Shown: positions 11,290-25,429, counted from the stretch's first letter. The stretch: 64,000 nt of DNA from Heterodontus francisci (GCF_036365525.1 NC_090390.1:86146252-86210251); one strand, 5' to 3'. Translations and numbers: made by a program. Notes: generated by a model not told the origin, from the sequence alone.

Positions 11290-14200
11290 TGGATTTTCAA
11301 AAGGCCTTTGATAAAGTCCCCCACGGGAGGTTAATTAGCAAAATTGAAGCACATGGAATAGGAGGTGATATACTGGCATGAATTAAGGATTGGTTAACAG
11401 GTAGAAAACAGGAATAAACGGGTCATTTTCGCGTTGGCAGGCTGTGACTAGTGGGGTATTGCAGGGATCAGTGCTTGAGCCCCAGCTGTTAACAATATAT
11501 ATCAATGATTTGGATGTAAGGACCAAATCTAGTATTTCCAAGTTTGCGGATGACACAACGAGGTGTTGTGAGGAAGATGCAAAGCGGCTTCAAGGGGATT
11601 TGGAAAGACTTGGTGAGTGTGCGAGAACGTGGCAGATGGAATATAATGTGGAAAATGTGAAGTTATCCACTTTGGTAGGAGGAACAGATGTGCAGAGTAT
11701 TTCTTAAATGTTAAGTGATTAGAAAGTGTAGACGTACAAAGGGACCTGGGTGTTCTTGTCAATAAGTCACTGAAAGCTGACATGCAGGTGCAGTGAGCAG
11801 TTAAGCAGGCTAATGATATGTTAGCCTTTATCGCAAGCGGATTTGAGTACAGGAGTGGTGAAGTCTTGCTTCAATTCTATAGGGGGCGGCACAGTGGCGC
11901 ATTGGTTAGCACCGCAGCCTCACAGCTTCAGTGACCCGGGTTCAGTTCTGGGTACTGCCTGTGCGGTGCTTGCAAGTTCTCCCTGTGACCGTGGGGGTTT
12001 CCGCCGGGTGCTCCGGTTTCCTCCCACAGCCAAAGACTTGCAGGTTGATAGGTAAATTGGCCATTGTAAATTGGCCCTAGTGTAGGTAGGTGGAAGGAGA
12101 ATGGTGGGGATGTGGTAGCGAATAGAACAAAGAAAATTACAGCACAGGAACAGGCCCTTCGGCCCTCCAAGCCTGCGCCGATCCAGATCCTCTATCTAAA
12201 CATGTCGCCTATTTTCTAAGGGTCTGTATCTCTTTGCTTCCTGCCCATTCATGTATCTGTCTAGATACATCTTAAAAGACGCTATCGTGCCCGCGTCTAC
12301 CACCTCTGCTGGCAATGCGTTCCAGGCACCCACCACCCTCTGCGTAAAGAACTTTCCACGCATATCCCTCCCTAAACTTTTCCCCTCTCTCTTTGAACTC
12401 GTGACCCCTAGTAATTGAATCCCCCACTCTGGGGGAAAAAGCTTCTTGCTATCCACCCTGTCACGATTTTGTACACCTCAATCAGGTCCCCCCTCAACCT
12501 CCGTCTTTCTAATGAAAATAATCCTAATCTACTCAACCTCTCTTCATAGCTAGCGCCCTCCATACCAGGCAACATCCTGGTGAACCTCCTCTGCACCCTC
12601 TCCAAAGCATCCACATCCTTTTGGTAATGTGGCGACCAGAACTGTACGCAGTATTCCAAATGTGGCCGAACCAAAGTCCTATACAACTGTAACATGACCT
12701 GCCAACTCTTGTACTCAATACCCCGTCCGATGAAGGAAAGCATGCCGTATGCCTTCTTGACCACTCTATTTACCTGCGTTGCCACCTTCAGGGAACAGTG
12801 GACCTGAACACCCAAATCTCTCTGGACATCAATTTTCCCCAGGACTTTTCCATTTACTGTATAGTTCACTCTTGAATTGGATCTTCCAAAATGCATCACC
12901 TCGCATTTGCCCTGATTGAACTCCATCTGCCATTTCTCTGCCCCACTCTCCAATCTCTCTATATTCTGCTGTATTCTCTGACAGTCCCCTTCACTATCTG
13001 CTACTCCACCAATCTTAGTGTCGTCTGCAAACTTGCTAATCAGACCACCTATACTTTCCTCCAAATCATTTATGTATATCACAAACAACAGTGGTCCCAG
13101 CACGGATCCCTGTGGAACACCACTGGTCACACGTCTCCATTTTGAGAAACTCCCTTCTGCTGCTACTCTCTGTCTCCTGTTGCCCAGCCAGTTCTTTATC
13201 CATCTAGCTAGTACACCTTGGACCCCATGCGACTTCACTTTCTCCATCAGCCTACCATGGGGAACCTTATCAAACACCTTACTGAAGTCCATGTATATGA
13301 CATCTACAGCCCTTCCCTCATCAATCAACTTTGTCACTTCCTCAAAGAATTCTATTAAGTTGGTAAGACATGACCTTCCCTGCACAAAACCATGTTGCCT
13401 ATCACTGATGAGCCCATTTTCTTCCAAATGGGAATAGATCCTATCCCTCAGTATCTTCTCCAGCAGCTTCCCTACCACTGACGTCAGGCTCACCGGTCTA
13501 TAATTACCTGGATTTTCCCTGCTACCCTTCTTAAACAAGGGGACAACATTAGCAATTCTCCAGTCCTCCGGGACCTCACCCATGTTTAAGGATGTTGCAA
13601 AGATATCTGTTAAGGCCCCAGCTATTTCCCCTCTCGCTTCCCTCAGTAACCTGGGATAGATCCCATCCGGACCTGGGGACTTGTCCACCTTAATGCCTTT
13701 TAGAATACCCAACACTTCCTCCCTCCTTATGCCGACTTGACCTAGAGTAATCAAACATCTGTCCCTAACCTCAACATCCGTCATGTCCCTCTCCTCGGTG
13801 AATACCGATGCAAAGTACTCGTTTAGAATCTCACCCATTTTCTCTGACTCCACGCATAACTTTACTCCTTTGTCCTTGAGTGGGCCAATCCTTTCTCTAG
13901 TTACCCTCTTGCTCCTTATATATGAATAAAAGGCTTTGGGATTTTCCTTAACCCTGTTTGCTAAAGATATTTCATGACCCCTTTTAGCCCTCTTAATTCC
14001 TCGTTTCAGATTGGTCCTACATTCCCGATATTCTTTCAAAGCTTCGTCTTTCTTCAGCCTCCTAGACCTTATGTATGCTTAATTAATGTAGGATTAGTAT
14101 AAATGGGTGGTTGTTGGTTGGTACAGACTCGGTGGGCCGAAGGGCCTGTTTCAGTGCTGCATCACTGTATGACTCTATGAAGGGGGAAGCCACTTAGGAC

Positions 14201-14450
14201 AGAGATGAGGAGAAATTTCTTTACTCAGAGGGTTGTGAATCTTTGGAATTCTGTACCCCAAAGGGCGGTGGAAGCTCAGTTATTGAATATATTTAAAGCA
14301 GAGATTGACAGATTTCTAAATACAAATAACACAAGGGGATATGAGGATAGTGTAGGGGGAATAAGGCATTGAAGTGGTTGATCAGCCATGATCGTATTGA
14401 ATGGCGGAGCAGGCTTAATGGGCTGAATGGCCTACTCCTCCCATGTTCCT
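11290..14450 (+). mobile_element. CR1 RT/3' fragment interrupted by an HE1 SINE (11884-12122 plus 14079-14178)
   Basis: DFQKAFDKVPH, YINDL and KFADDT motifs. The SINE head and tail are separated by a younger CR1. Confidence 0.75.
12123..14078 (-). mobile_element. Young 5'-truncated CR1 LINE with a 543-aa RT ORF, inserted inside a SINE
   Basis: ORF 12408-14039 has KSPGPDG, QHGF, GVPQGSVLGP and KFADDTK. CR1 3' UTR and tail at ~12123-12200. Confidence 0.92.
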
Positions 14451-14859
14451 AAGGTGGCTCACCACCACCTTTCAAAGGCAGTTAGGGATGGGTAATATTT
14501 CTGGCCTGGTCAGTGACACCCACATCCTGTGAATGAGTAAAAAATAAAACTCTAGTTGTGAATTGTTACTTCAGTGCCAAATTAAAGGCAGCTTTATAGG
14601 AGCTGGGCTGAAGTGGCCAGTGAATTTGTTTCGTACAGGAATCTTAGGCAACAGACACAAGAACTTCATCTGGGCTAAATTTAGCCGCAAGGTGCAAAGA
14701 TTGCACCCTGTGCCTACTGAAAACTTGAATATAAGTCCACACAGTCCACAGTTCAAATTTAAAGCTTGCCTTCCTCATTATTGTGGGTGACGTGTGATAG
14801 ATATCCATATAGTGTGCATCCAGAGAAATAAGGCACTGCACTTGCTCATTTGATGTGTT

Positions 14860-15135
14860 TTTTTTCTGACTGGTGAGGTGGTTTTTATTGCTAGTTCCTC
14901 CTGCCCTGAGGGCATTGAGTTAGTCTTAGAGATTTGGACTGGAGTCAAGAGTAGATCAAAGCAGGTCCAGGGCAGCAGGTTCCCTTCCCTGCCGGACACT
15001 AGTGAACTAGTTAGGTCATTTTCTGATACTGGTCCACAAATTATCAGAATTTTGAATTCAGTTTCATGCTAAGACTTGAACTCGCAACTTCAGGGTGATT
15101 AGTTCAGTTATCCAACCCCTAAGCTACTGTACCGT
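14860..15135 (-). mobile_element. Decayed MER131/Meta-type SINE
   Basis: Reverse complement of the Meta-like central domain and tRNA head. Confidence 0.5.
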
Positions 15136-15606
15136 CTACCCTTAAACCAAGTGTTACCTGATATAGAGGAAGCCACTTTGTACAAAAAATTAATATGAAA
15201 AAAGCTTTTTGTTTTAATTAGTATAAGTGGCACTATGGTCGCCACAATTGGGGCGTCCATTCTCCTGGTTGTAAAGGGGGTAAATCAGCCAATGCTACTC
15301 TTTGCTATCTGGTGTGTGTGCAAGGGTGCGAAGTAAGAACTGGCTTTGTTTTGACTTACAATAAGCACCACAGTTGAATAGTCTGACATTCGCAATCTCA
15401 ACATCTGGGGCAAGCTTTCAGAAAGGGATTGCCTCTCTGAAATTGTACCTCAGGATTTGGTGTCTTAATGAGAGAGACTATTTAAAAACTATTCTGTAGC
15501 TGTATGGTGGGTTGTTCTTCTGTGGCTTATGTCTAAAGGAAAACTTCAATGTGGTTTAATGCTCTGTACTTGTACTAGTTTTAATGTGTTTTTGCTCTCT
15601 TTGCAG

Positions 15607-15799
15607 TTTGGTGGGAGGTCTTCTGACGTTGAGCCCAGATTATTGCTTCGTGTTAGAGGATGAGGGCAGTATATGTGGTTATGCACTTGGGACTGTAGAT
15701 GTGAAACCATTTTGTACAAAGTGCAAAGTCTCCTGGATACCCGCTATGCGGGAGAAGTATATTAAACCAGAGGCTAGTAAGGACCTTTCGGAAGAACAG
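15607..15799 (+). CDS. OGA: O-GlcNAcase coding exon ([32 protein letters not shown]...SEEQ)
   Basis: ttgcag|T acceptor and CAG|gtactc donor. 193 nt, phases compatible with neighbours. Peptide recognisable as OGA C-terminal domain. Confidence 0.93.
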
Positions 15800-17178
15800 G
15801 TACTCCCAAATTACCGGATTCACTTTTACTGTAAATTCAATGAGTGGTTTTAACAGAACTTAAAGTACCTTTTATCGTCTCAGTCCTAGTACAAAAAATA
15901 CACTGGCCTTCTTGAATCCAGAGAATTATAAATTGTGTCTCTTTTCTCAAGATGTGTCCTTAAACAATGTCTCTATTTGGACACGTGCAAGAAGTAACTC
16001 GCCATTTCTTTCTGATAATTGGCCACAATCTGATAGCCTCGTGGGCCAATCGGATGTCACAGTTGTGGAAGTAGGGAACTGATTTGTTTTTATAGATTTC
16101 CAGGAGGCTTGTCAAAAATAACCAAAACACACTAGCTGCTTTTCCACATCTAAACCCTTGAGGTTTATGTGTCTCATGTAAGCCTATCACAATGGCACCT
16201 AGCCTGGTGTAACAGCACTAATGTACAAACACACACTGTTAATGATCTTAGATTTTTATTTAATGGCAGTTTCTTTGAAATTCCTGACTTTTACAACACC
16301 TGTTTTTTCTTCCTTCCTTCCCATCACGTTTTTTGTGAAGCACTTTGTGGTGTTTTTTCTTAAAGTTACTTGGAATTTGGAAGCCTTATATAATCAGGCA
16401 AGCGGTTGCCAAGTAGGACTGACCGTATAATCTTAGTAAAACTATCATTAGTCCTTGAACTAACTCTGCTGGTGATGGTCAATCTGCCTTGATCATAACC
16501 TCTCTTTAAATAGTGCCTTTCTTGACCACCGGCTGCTTCAAAGTGCTTTACAAACAATGATCTTTTGAAGTGTAATCACTGTTGTAATGTAGGAAACTTA
16601 TCAGCCAAATTGCGCACAAGAATATCCCACATACGGCAATGTGGTAACCAGATAATCTGTTTTTCTGTTGATTGAGGGATAAATATTAGCCAGAAATTCA
16701 GTACGCTTTGTGTAATCCTGATGTATCATTAGCAACCCATAGAACTTCCTGTCAGAATCTTTATCAAACGTCTGTCTTTGGCTCTATTGGCTGTGGTCCA
16801 TCATTTTTATTCCCCTCTCCCCCTCCAATTTATTTTTAAAAGCAATAAACAGCTTACTCTTATTGATGGCCTGTTAAGCATTCAAGCATTCCAAGGTGCC
16901 TATGAAAGAAAAGAAAATGTAACAAAATGTGCAGTTATTGTTTAACGAGCGAACTTAACAGCCTTTTTGCACACAGCAGGGTTCCACAAACGGCACTGAG
17001 ATGGCCAGGTGTGGTGGTGGTTGTTGAGCCAAGGATATTGGCCAGGACAGTGGGAGAGTACCCATTTCCCCATTGAGTAGTGCTATGGGATTTTTAGTGT
17101 TGAACATTTAATGTTCTGTCCAAGTTAACGCTAACAGTGAATGTGCATGTAAGTGACTTGTCTTTGGTTCTCATGTAG

Positions 17179-17338
17179 AAAATGATGCTGAGCTTCCATG
17201 AAGAGCAACAAGGCCTGCCAGAAAGCTTCCTCGCCACCTTCCCCTCGCTAATTAAAGTGGATGTGCACTCGAAAGTGACGGATCCGAGTGTTGCTAAGAG
17301 TATGATGGGCTGCTTGCTTTCATCCTTAAAAGCTAACG
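17179..17338 (+). CDS. OGA: O-GlcNAcase coding exon ([10 protein letters not shown]...[21 protein letters not shown])
   Basis: tcatgtag|AAA acceptor and G|gtaagg donor. 160 nt. Highly conserved OGA motif [22 protein letters not shown]. Confidence 0.93.
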
Positions 17339-17443
17339 GTAAGGGTCTTTTTCCTCTTCGCTGTGTAAATGTTTTGCCTGTTTATCTGAAAAGAAGCCAT
17401 GGTGATTACTAATTATTTGAAGTGATACACTGATTGTATAATG

Positions 17444-17789
17444 TGCGGCACAGTGGCGCAGTGGTTAGCACCGCAGCTTCACAGCTCCAGCGACCCGGGT
17501 TCAATTCTGGGTACTGCCTGTGTGGAGTTTGCAAGTTCTCCGTGTCTGCGTGGGTTTCCTCTGGGTGCTCCGGTTTCCTCCCACAGCCAAAAGACTTGCA
17601 GGTTGATAGGTAAATTGGCCATTATAAATTGCCCCTAGTATAGGTAGGGGAGTATAGGGACAGGTGAGGATGTGGTAGGAACATGGGATTAGTGTAGGAT
17701 TAGTATAAATGGGTGGTTAATGGTCGGCACAGACTCGGTGGGCCGAAGGGCCTGTTTCAGTGCTGTATCTCTAAATCTAAAAAAAAATA
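17444..17789 (+). mobile_element. HE1/V-SINE-type SINE
   Basis: Full head-body-tail structure. Confidence 0.85.
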
Positions 17790-18645
17790 ATTGCCTGCCA
17801 AAGTATTACCCACCCGTTCCCTGAAACACACACAAATGAATTGTCTCCCATCCAAATAGTTGAAACCACTATGCAATGTCTCTTTCTAAGATGTACCCTC
17901 CTCACAGTAATGATGACTCCAGGGTGAGGGGCTACAGTCACAAAGGGAAACTTGAGAAGTTGGGAATTATTTTTTCCCTTGCTTGGGAAGATGAAAATTG
18001 TTCAGGCCTCCTTCTGCCTCATCCTCACTATCCCTTTCATCCTTCTCTGTCCCTATTACCTGACATAACTGTTGCTGCTTATCCTCCTCCCGCGATAATG
18101 TTTCAACATATTGATCTGGCACAGCCGATTCTTTTTCCGGCAATCTGGGGTGTCAATCAAATAATTTACTTTACCAAATCTCATGACCACTTCATATGGA
18201 TCACTGAATTGTACTTTAATCAGTTCCTGTAAAGGCAGTAATGCTAACACCTCATCCCCTGGTTGAAGTGTTCAGGTCTTAGCATGCTTGTCTGCCCATT
18301 TCTTCATGATTGTTTGGGAAGCTTTAAGGTGTTCCTGAGCCACTTTGCAAGCTATCGTGAGCCGTTCTCTGAACACGGATATATAATCTAGCACAGAAGA
18401 TTCATCCCTCTGTTCTAAAAACCTTTCTTTAATTAGTTTTAGAGGACCTCTTATGTCCATAAACTAATTCAGAAGGACTAAAACCGGTAGATTCATTAGA
18501 TGAATCCCTAATGGCAAACAAAAGAAAATTAGCCCTTTATCCCAATCATGGGGATATTCATGACAGTATGCCCTGATGGTACCCTTCTAAAGCTCCTGTG
18601 TCTTTGGGTGGTAAGCTAAAGACTTGAACTGTATTGTACCCAAAT

Positions 18646-20446
18646 TGGACGAACAGCCAACAAAATCGGAACTCAGTGATGCCATTGATTCTCTAGCCAG
18701 TGGAAAAGCCCCTCGGAAGGACGGCATTACCCCTGAAATAATTGAGTGCCAAGCCTGCGATACTCTCAGCACTCCATGAACTGCTTTGCCTGTGCTGGGA
18801 TGAGGGAGCAGTACCACAGGACATGCACAATGCCAATATCATCACCCTCTATAAGAACAAGGGTGACGGCGGTGACTGCAACAACTACCGTGGAATCTCC
18901 CTACTCAGCATAGTGGGGAAAGTCTTCGCTCGAGTCATTTGAAACAGACTCCAGAAGCTGGCTGAGCGTGTCTACCCTGAGGCACAGTGTGGCTTTCGAG
19001 CAGAGAGATTCACATTGACATGCTGTTCTCCCTTCGCCAGTTACAGGAGAAATGCAGCGAACAACAAATGCCCCTCTACCTTGCTTTCATAGATCTCGCC
19101 AAAGCCTTTGACCTCGTCAACAGACGTGGTCTCTTCAGACTACTAACAAAGATTGGATGTCCGCCAAAGCTACTAAGTATCATTGCCTCATTCCATGACA
19201 ATATGAAAGGCACAATTCAGCATAACGGTGCCTCATCAGACCCCTTTCCTATCCTCTGGCGTGAAACAAGGCTGTGTTCTCGCACCTACACTGTTTCGGA
19301 TCTTATTCTCCCTGCTGCTCTCACGTGTTCAAGTCTTGAGAAGAAGGAATTTTCCTCCACACAAGATCAGGTGGCAGGTTGTTCACCCTTGCCCGTCTTA
19401 GAGCGAAGACCAAAGTACGGAAGGTCCTCATCAGGGAACTCCTCTTTGCTGACTATGCTGCATTAACATACCACACAGAAGAGTGTCTGCAGAGACTCAG
19501 CGACAGGATTGCGGCTGCCTGCAACGAATTTGGCCTAACCATCAGCCTCAAGAAAGCGAACATCATGGGACAGGACGTCAGAAATGCTCCATCCGTCAAT
19601 ATCAGCGACCACGCTCTGGAAGTGGTTCAAGTGTTCACCTGCCTAGGCTCAACTATCACTAGTAACCTGTCTCTCGATGCAGAAATCAACAAGCGCATGG
19701 GAAAGGCTTCCACTGCTATGTCCAGACTGGCCAAGAGAGTGTGGGAAAATGGTGCACTGACACGGAACACAAAAGTCCGAGTGTATCAAGCCTGTGTCCT
19801 CAGTACCTTGCTCTATGGCAGCGAGGCCTGGACAATGTATGTCAGCCAAGAGCGATGTCTCAATTCATTCCATCTTTGCTGCCTCCGGTGAACCCTTGAC
19901 ATCAGGTGGCAGGACCGTATCTCCAACACAGACGTTCTCGAGGCGGCCAACATCCCCAGCATATACACCCTACTGAGCCAGCGGCGTTTGAGATGGCTTG
20001 GCCATGTGAGCCGCATGGAAGATGGCAGGATCCCCAAGGACACATTGTACAGCGAGCTCGCCACTGGTATCAGACCCACCAGCTGTCCATGTCTCCGCTT
20101 TAAAGACGTCTGCAAACGCGACATGAAGTCCGATGACATTGGTTAGAGGTCGTGGGAGTCAGTTGCCAGTGATTGCCAGAGCTGGCAGGCAGCCATAAAG
20201 GCGGGGCTAAAGCGTGGCGAGTCAAAGAGACTTAGCAGTTGGCAGGAAAAAAGACAGAAGCGCAAGGGGACAGCCAACTGTGTAACAGCCCCAGCAACCA
20301 ATTTTATCTGCAGCACCTGTGGAAGAGTCTGTCACTCTAGAATTGGCCTTTCTCGCCACTCCAGGCGCTGCTTCACAAACCACTGACCACCTCCAGGCGC
20401 TTACCCATTGTCTCGAGAGACAAGGAGGCCAAAGAAGAGAAGATGA
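18646..20446 (+). mobile_element. RTE-clade (BovB-like) LINE, 5'-truncated and frameshifted
   Basis: NYRGISLLSIVGK, AFIDLAKAFD, LLFADYAAL and LLYGSEAW motifs. Short purine-repeat tail (aagaagagaaga). Confidence 0.88.
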
Positions 20447-23400
20447 TATTGTGAATAGCTGGGGTCCTAGCACCGATCCCTGCGGTACCCCACTAGTCAC
20501 TGCCTGCCATTCAGAAAAAGACCTATTTATCCCTACTCTTTGTTTCCTGTCTGCCAACCAATTTTCTATCCATCGCAATACACTACCCCCAGTCCTGTGT
20601 GCTTTAATTTTACATGCTAATCTCTTATGTGGGACTTTGTCGAAAGCCTTCTGAAAGTCAAAATAAACCACATCCACTGGTTCCCCCTCATCGACTCTAC
20701 TAGTTACATCCTCGAAGAATTCTAGTAGATTTGTCGAGCATGATTTCCCTTTCATAAATCCATGCTGACTCTGTCCGGTTCTACCACTGTTCTCCAAGTG
20801 CTCTGCTATAAAATCTTTGATAACAGACTCTAGAATTTTCCCCACTACCGACATCAGGCTGACTGGTCTATAATTCCCTGCTTTCTCTCTACCTCCTTTT
20901 TTAAATAGTGGCTTTATGTTAGCTACCCTCCAATCTGTGGGAACTGTTCCAGAGTCTATAAAATCTTGGAAGATGACCACCAATGCATCCACTATTTCGA
21001 GGGCCACTTCCTTAAGTACTCTGGGATGCATACCATCAGGCCCTGGGGATTTATCGGCCTTCAATCCCATCAATTTCCCCAACACCATTTCTCTACTAAT
21101 ACTGATTTCTTTCAGTTCCTCTCTCTCGCTAAGCCCTGTGTTCCCCAACATTTCTGGTAGGATATTGGTGTCCTCCTTTGTGAAGACAGAACCAAAGTAT
21201 GCATTTAGTTGGTCAGCCATTTCTTTGTTCCCCATAATAAACTCCCCTGTTTCTGACTGTAAGGGACCTACATTTGTCTTCAATCTCTTTCTCCTCACAT
21301 ACCTGTAGAAACTTTTACAGTTCGTTTTTATGTTCCCCGCAAGCTTGCTCTCATACTCTATTTTCCCCTCCTTAATCAATCCTTTGCTGAATTCTAAACT
21401 GCTCCCAATCCTCAGGTCTGTTGTTTTTCCTGTCAAATTTATATGCCTCTTCCTTGGATCTAATGCTATCTCTAATTTCCCTTGTAAGCCATGGTTTGGC
21501 TACCTTTCCCATTTTATTTTTGCGCCAGATGGGATAAGCAATTGTTGCAGTTCATCCATGCGCTCTTTAAATGTTTGCCATTGCCTATCCACCGTCATCC
21601 CTTTAAGTAACGTTTCCCAATCCGTCATGGCCTTTGTAGTTTCCTTTCCAAAGATTCTGAATCAACTATGTCACTCTCCATGTTGATGAAGAATTCTATC
21701 ATATTATGGTCGCTCATCCCCAAGTGGTCTCGCACCACTAGATTGTCAATTATTCTCTCTCATTACACAATACCCAGTCTAGGATGGCCTGTTCTCTAGT
21801 TGGTTCCTCAACATATTGGTCCAGAAAACCATCCCGTATCCACTCCAAGAATTCCTCCTCTACGGTATTGTGACTAATTTGAATTGCCCAATCTATATGC
21901 AGATGAAAGTCACCCATAATTACAGATGTTCCTTTTTCGCATGCATCTCTAATTTCCTGTTTAATGCCATTCCCAACATCACTAAAGTTTGGGGGTCTAT
22001 ATATAACCCCCACTAACGTTTTTTGCCCATTAGTATTTCTCAGCTCTACCCATACAGATTCCACATCGTCAGAGCTAATATCTTTCCTCACTATTGCATT
22101 AATTTCCTCTTTAACCAGCAATGCAACTCCACCGCCTTTTGCTTTTTGTCTGTCCTTAAATACTGAATATCCCTGGATGTCCATTTCCCATCCCTGGTCA
22201 CCTTGCAGCCATGTCTCCGTAATCCCGACAATATCATACCCGTTTACTTCTAATTGCGTGATTACTTCATCCACTTTATTGCGAATGCTCCGCGCGTTAA
22301 GTCACAAAACCTTAAGGCTCGTCTTTTTAACATTACTTGTCCCCTTCCCACTATTTTTCACTGTGGCCCTGTTTTATTCTGGCCCTTGATTTCTCTGCCT
22401 ATCACTTTTCTTATTCCCCTTACTGTCTTTTGTTCTTGTCTTTGATCCCCCCTCCTCTGACTCCTTGCAAAAGTTCCCATCCCCCTGCCATTTTAGTTTA
22501 AACCCTCCCCAACCATTCTAGCAAATACTCCCCCTTGGACATCAGTCCCAGTCCTGCCCAGGTGTAACCTGTCCAGTTTGTACTGGTCCCACTTCCCCCA
22601 GAACCCAATGCCCCAGGAATCTAAAACCCTCCCCCTCACACCATCTCCAGCCACATATTCATCTGATATGTCCTGCTATTTCTACTCTGACTAGCACGTA
22701 ACACTGGTAGTAATCCTGAGATCACTACCTTTGAGCTCCTACTTTTCAACTTACTTCCTAGCTCCCTATATTCTGCTTTTCGGGCCTCATCCTTTTTTTC
22801 ACCTATATATTTTGTACCAATGTGTACCACAACCACTGGCTGTTTACCCTTCCCCTTCAGAATGTCCTTTAACCGCTCTGAGACATCCTTGACCCTAGCA
22901 CCAGGGAGGCAGCATACCATCCTGGAGTCTCTTTTGCTGCCACAGAAACGCCTATTCGCCTTGCAATTGAATCCCCTATAACTATTGCATTCCCACACTT
23001 CTAACTCCTCCCCAGTGGTGCAACAAATTAGGCTGTTGCTGCTTTCCCCTGGTCACCCATTCCCCTCCTGCCTGTGGGGTCTGAGCTTGCAGTGTGACCA
23101 CCTCTCTCTACATGCTATATCCACGATACACTCCACCTCGTGACTGCTCTACAGTGTCCCCAGCTGCCGCTCCAGCTCCGAAACCCAGGCTTCCAGGAGC
23201 TGCAGCTGGATACATTTCCTGCACACATGCTGGTCCCGGGCACTGGAAATGTTCCCAGCTTCCGACATGGAGCATAAGGAGCACACCACGGCTTTGAGCT
23301 CTCCTGCCATGACTTAACCCATTAAATTAAACCTTCTGGAAGATCTTAATGTCCAATAATATCAGTTACTCTAAGGCCCTTCGTCCCTGGTTTTCATTAC

Positions 23401-23500
23401 TTCAGAACTCCCATTTAAAAAAAAAAATACTTACTATATTTGAAATAAACTTTAAACTTTTCTTACCTGAGATACTTACTCAGCTATTTAGCACCATTCG
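20447..23500 (-). mobile_element. CR1 LINE 5' two-thirds (ORF1, EN, RT up to GVPQGSVLGP)
   Basis: ORFs 22636-22998 (esterase), 21750-22274 (APE) and 20222-21436 (RT). Confidence 0.88.
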
Positions 23501-23674
23501 CTAACAGCAGTGACTCACCACTTTATTTAACTCTGGATCGGCTTGCTGAGCTTTTATCAGAGCAGACTTATTTAACATTTCCTTTGGATTATCCAAATCC
23601 CCAAAGACAGTTTCAGATATTCGACTATCTGACTGTGGTGCCAATTTTGCCTCTGACAATGGAACTTTTTTAAC

Positions 23675-23810
23675 TAAAAGCAAAATACTGCGGATGCTGG
23701 AAATCTGAAATAAAAACAAGAAATGCTGGAATCACTCAGCAGGTCTGGCAGCATCTGTGGAAAGAGAAGCAGAGTTAACGTTTCGGGTCAGTGACCCTTC
23801 TTCGGAACTC
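23675..23810 (-). mobile_element. 136-bp Neptune-type hammerhead module with a 14-bp TSD
   Basis: TSD ggaacttttttaac at 23661-23674 and 23811-23824. Near-identical reverse complement of 26335-26469. Confidence 0.88.
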
Positions 23811-25429
23811 GGAACTTTTTTAACCATTGCTTGGGTTACTACACATGAAGGAAAAAAATCCTGGAACCTCTTCCTGCAACTGTTCTGTCTCTTTAACTTC
23901 ACTTGGTTTTTCCTTGACTATTGGAGAAGCTACTATCTTCGCTCTGGCCAAATCATTCCCCAGGAGTAGGTCAACTCCATCTACTGGCAAATTATGGACA
24001 AGTCCTACAGTTACCGTCCCAGACATTAGGTCAAGAGTTTGGGTGGTTCCTGTATCCTTAAGTATAACTGTAAAGTTTACCTGCCTCACTTGAGGGGTAA
24101 GGAGTTACTTTTCATTTTGACAAGAATTCCCTATAACTGTTATCTTATTCACAAACCCTGTACTCACAGTGGGTTTTTTTTATTTAGCCTTACAGCTGCC
24201 GTCAGAGCTACAGCCTGATCTGCTGTACTCTTGGTCAGAGCCCCTTTCTCTGCCCATTAAGTCCCATGGGTTTACCCCACAACTTACAGCATTCTGCACA
24301 AAGATGTCCCACCTTGTGACAATTGTAACACTCAGGCTTGCGACCTCACTTCTACCCTCAGTAGCTTCCTTTCTGGCCTGAAGAGATGATCTTGGGGCGT
24401 TCCCAGCTGTCCCTTGTCACCGGCTACTTGCCTTCCTTTCACCCTCCTACCTTCTATTCTTGGATTTGTGGGGGTGATGGACAAATGGTTTTGGCTTATA
24501 AAGAAGCTCGTAATCATCAGCAATTTCTGCTGCCTGTCTGGCCGTTGAAATCTTCTGGTCCTCGATATGGATTTTTACTAACAGGAGTGAGCTTTTAAAT
24601 TCTTCCAGGAGAATTAGTTCCCTAAAGTTCTCCTATGTGGCCTCTACCTTTAGTGTCAGTATCCAACGATCAAAATTGATTTGCTTTACCCTCTCAAATT
24701 CTATATAAGTCTGCCCAGACAATCTCCGGAGGTTCAGAAATTTCTGCCGGTAAGCTTCAGGGACTAACTCATAAGTAGCGAGAGTAACCTTTTTTGGCAT
24801 CTCATAATCTGCGGAAGCCTCCTGCAGAAAGCATGGCGTAAACTTCATGAGCTCTGCCCATCAACCTGCTTTGCAGAAACTGTGTCCAGCTTTCCTTTGG
24901 CCACTTCATCTCTCTGGCTATCGTTTGAAAAGAAATGAAAAATGCCTCTACAACCCTTTCCTCAAACTTAAGGAGGGCTTGCACAAATTTGAGCAACTCT
25001 CCACTGGGTCCTGGGCTGGAGTCAGATCTCCCCACCAAAACTTTCACTGGAGTCAAGATCGCCCCTTTGTCTTAGTTCCACCTTTTTAACTTCAAATTCC
25101 TTTCCTTCTCTTTGAATCTTTCTTTGAAATGCTCTTTTTCCCTTTTTTTCAAATTCAAGCTTCTTCGTTGTCAATTCTCTTTCAAGCTCACATTTTTTTC
25201 AATTCTATTGCTTTTTCCTGTTGAAGCTGAAATTTTTCCATTTCTTTTTCCTTGTCAAGTTCAAGCTGCTTCATCTGTAACTGAATTTTAGATAATTCAA
25301 CTGCGCTACCCTCTGGTTTGCTTTCTTCTACCAATTTCAAGTGGTGTGCTATTACTTCAATTATGTCTGCTTTGTTAGCTCCTGGTTTTAACTCTTAACA
25401 CCAACAGTTCTGCCAAGTCCTTTAGTCTA

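Larger units (their letters stand above)
9737..14550 (+). mobile_element. MER131/MetaSINE-like SINE split into three pieces (~9737-10032, ~11236-11288, ~14450-14550)
   Basis: tRNA-like head (ggactagtaatccag...gagttcaaatccc), central ctgctgtccttacctgtctggcc..tgtgactccag domain, family-B LINE tail. Confidence 0.65.

Noticed and set aside
20222-21436. 404-aa ORF as an intact RT gene
   Set aside because: Truncated CR1 RT lacking the catalytic ADD motif, reading into the antisense RTE tail.
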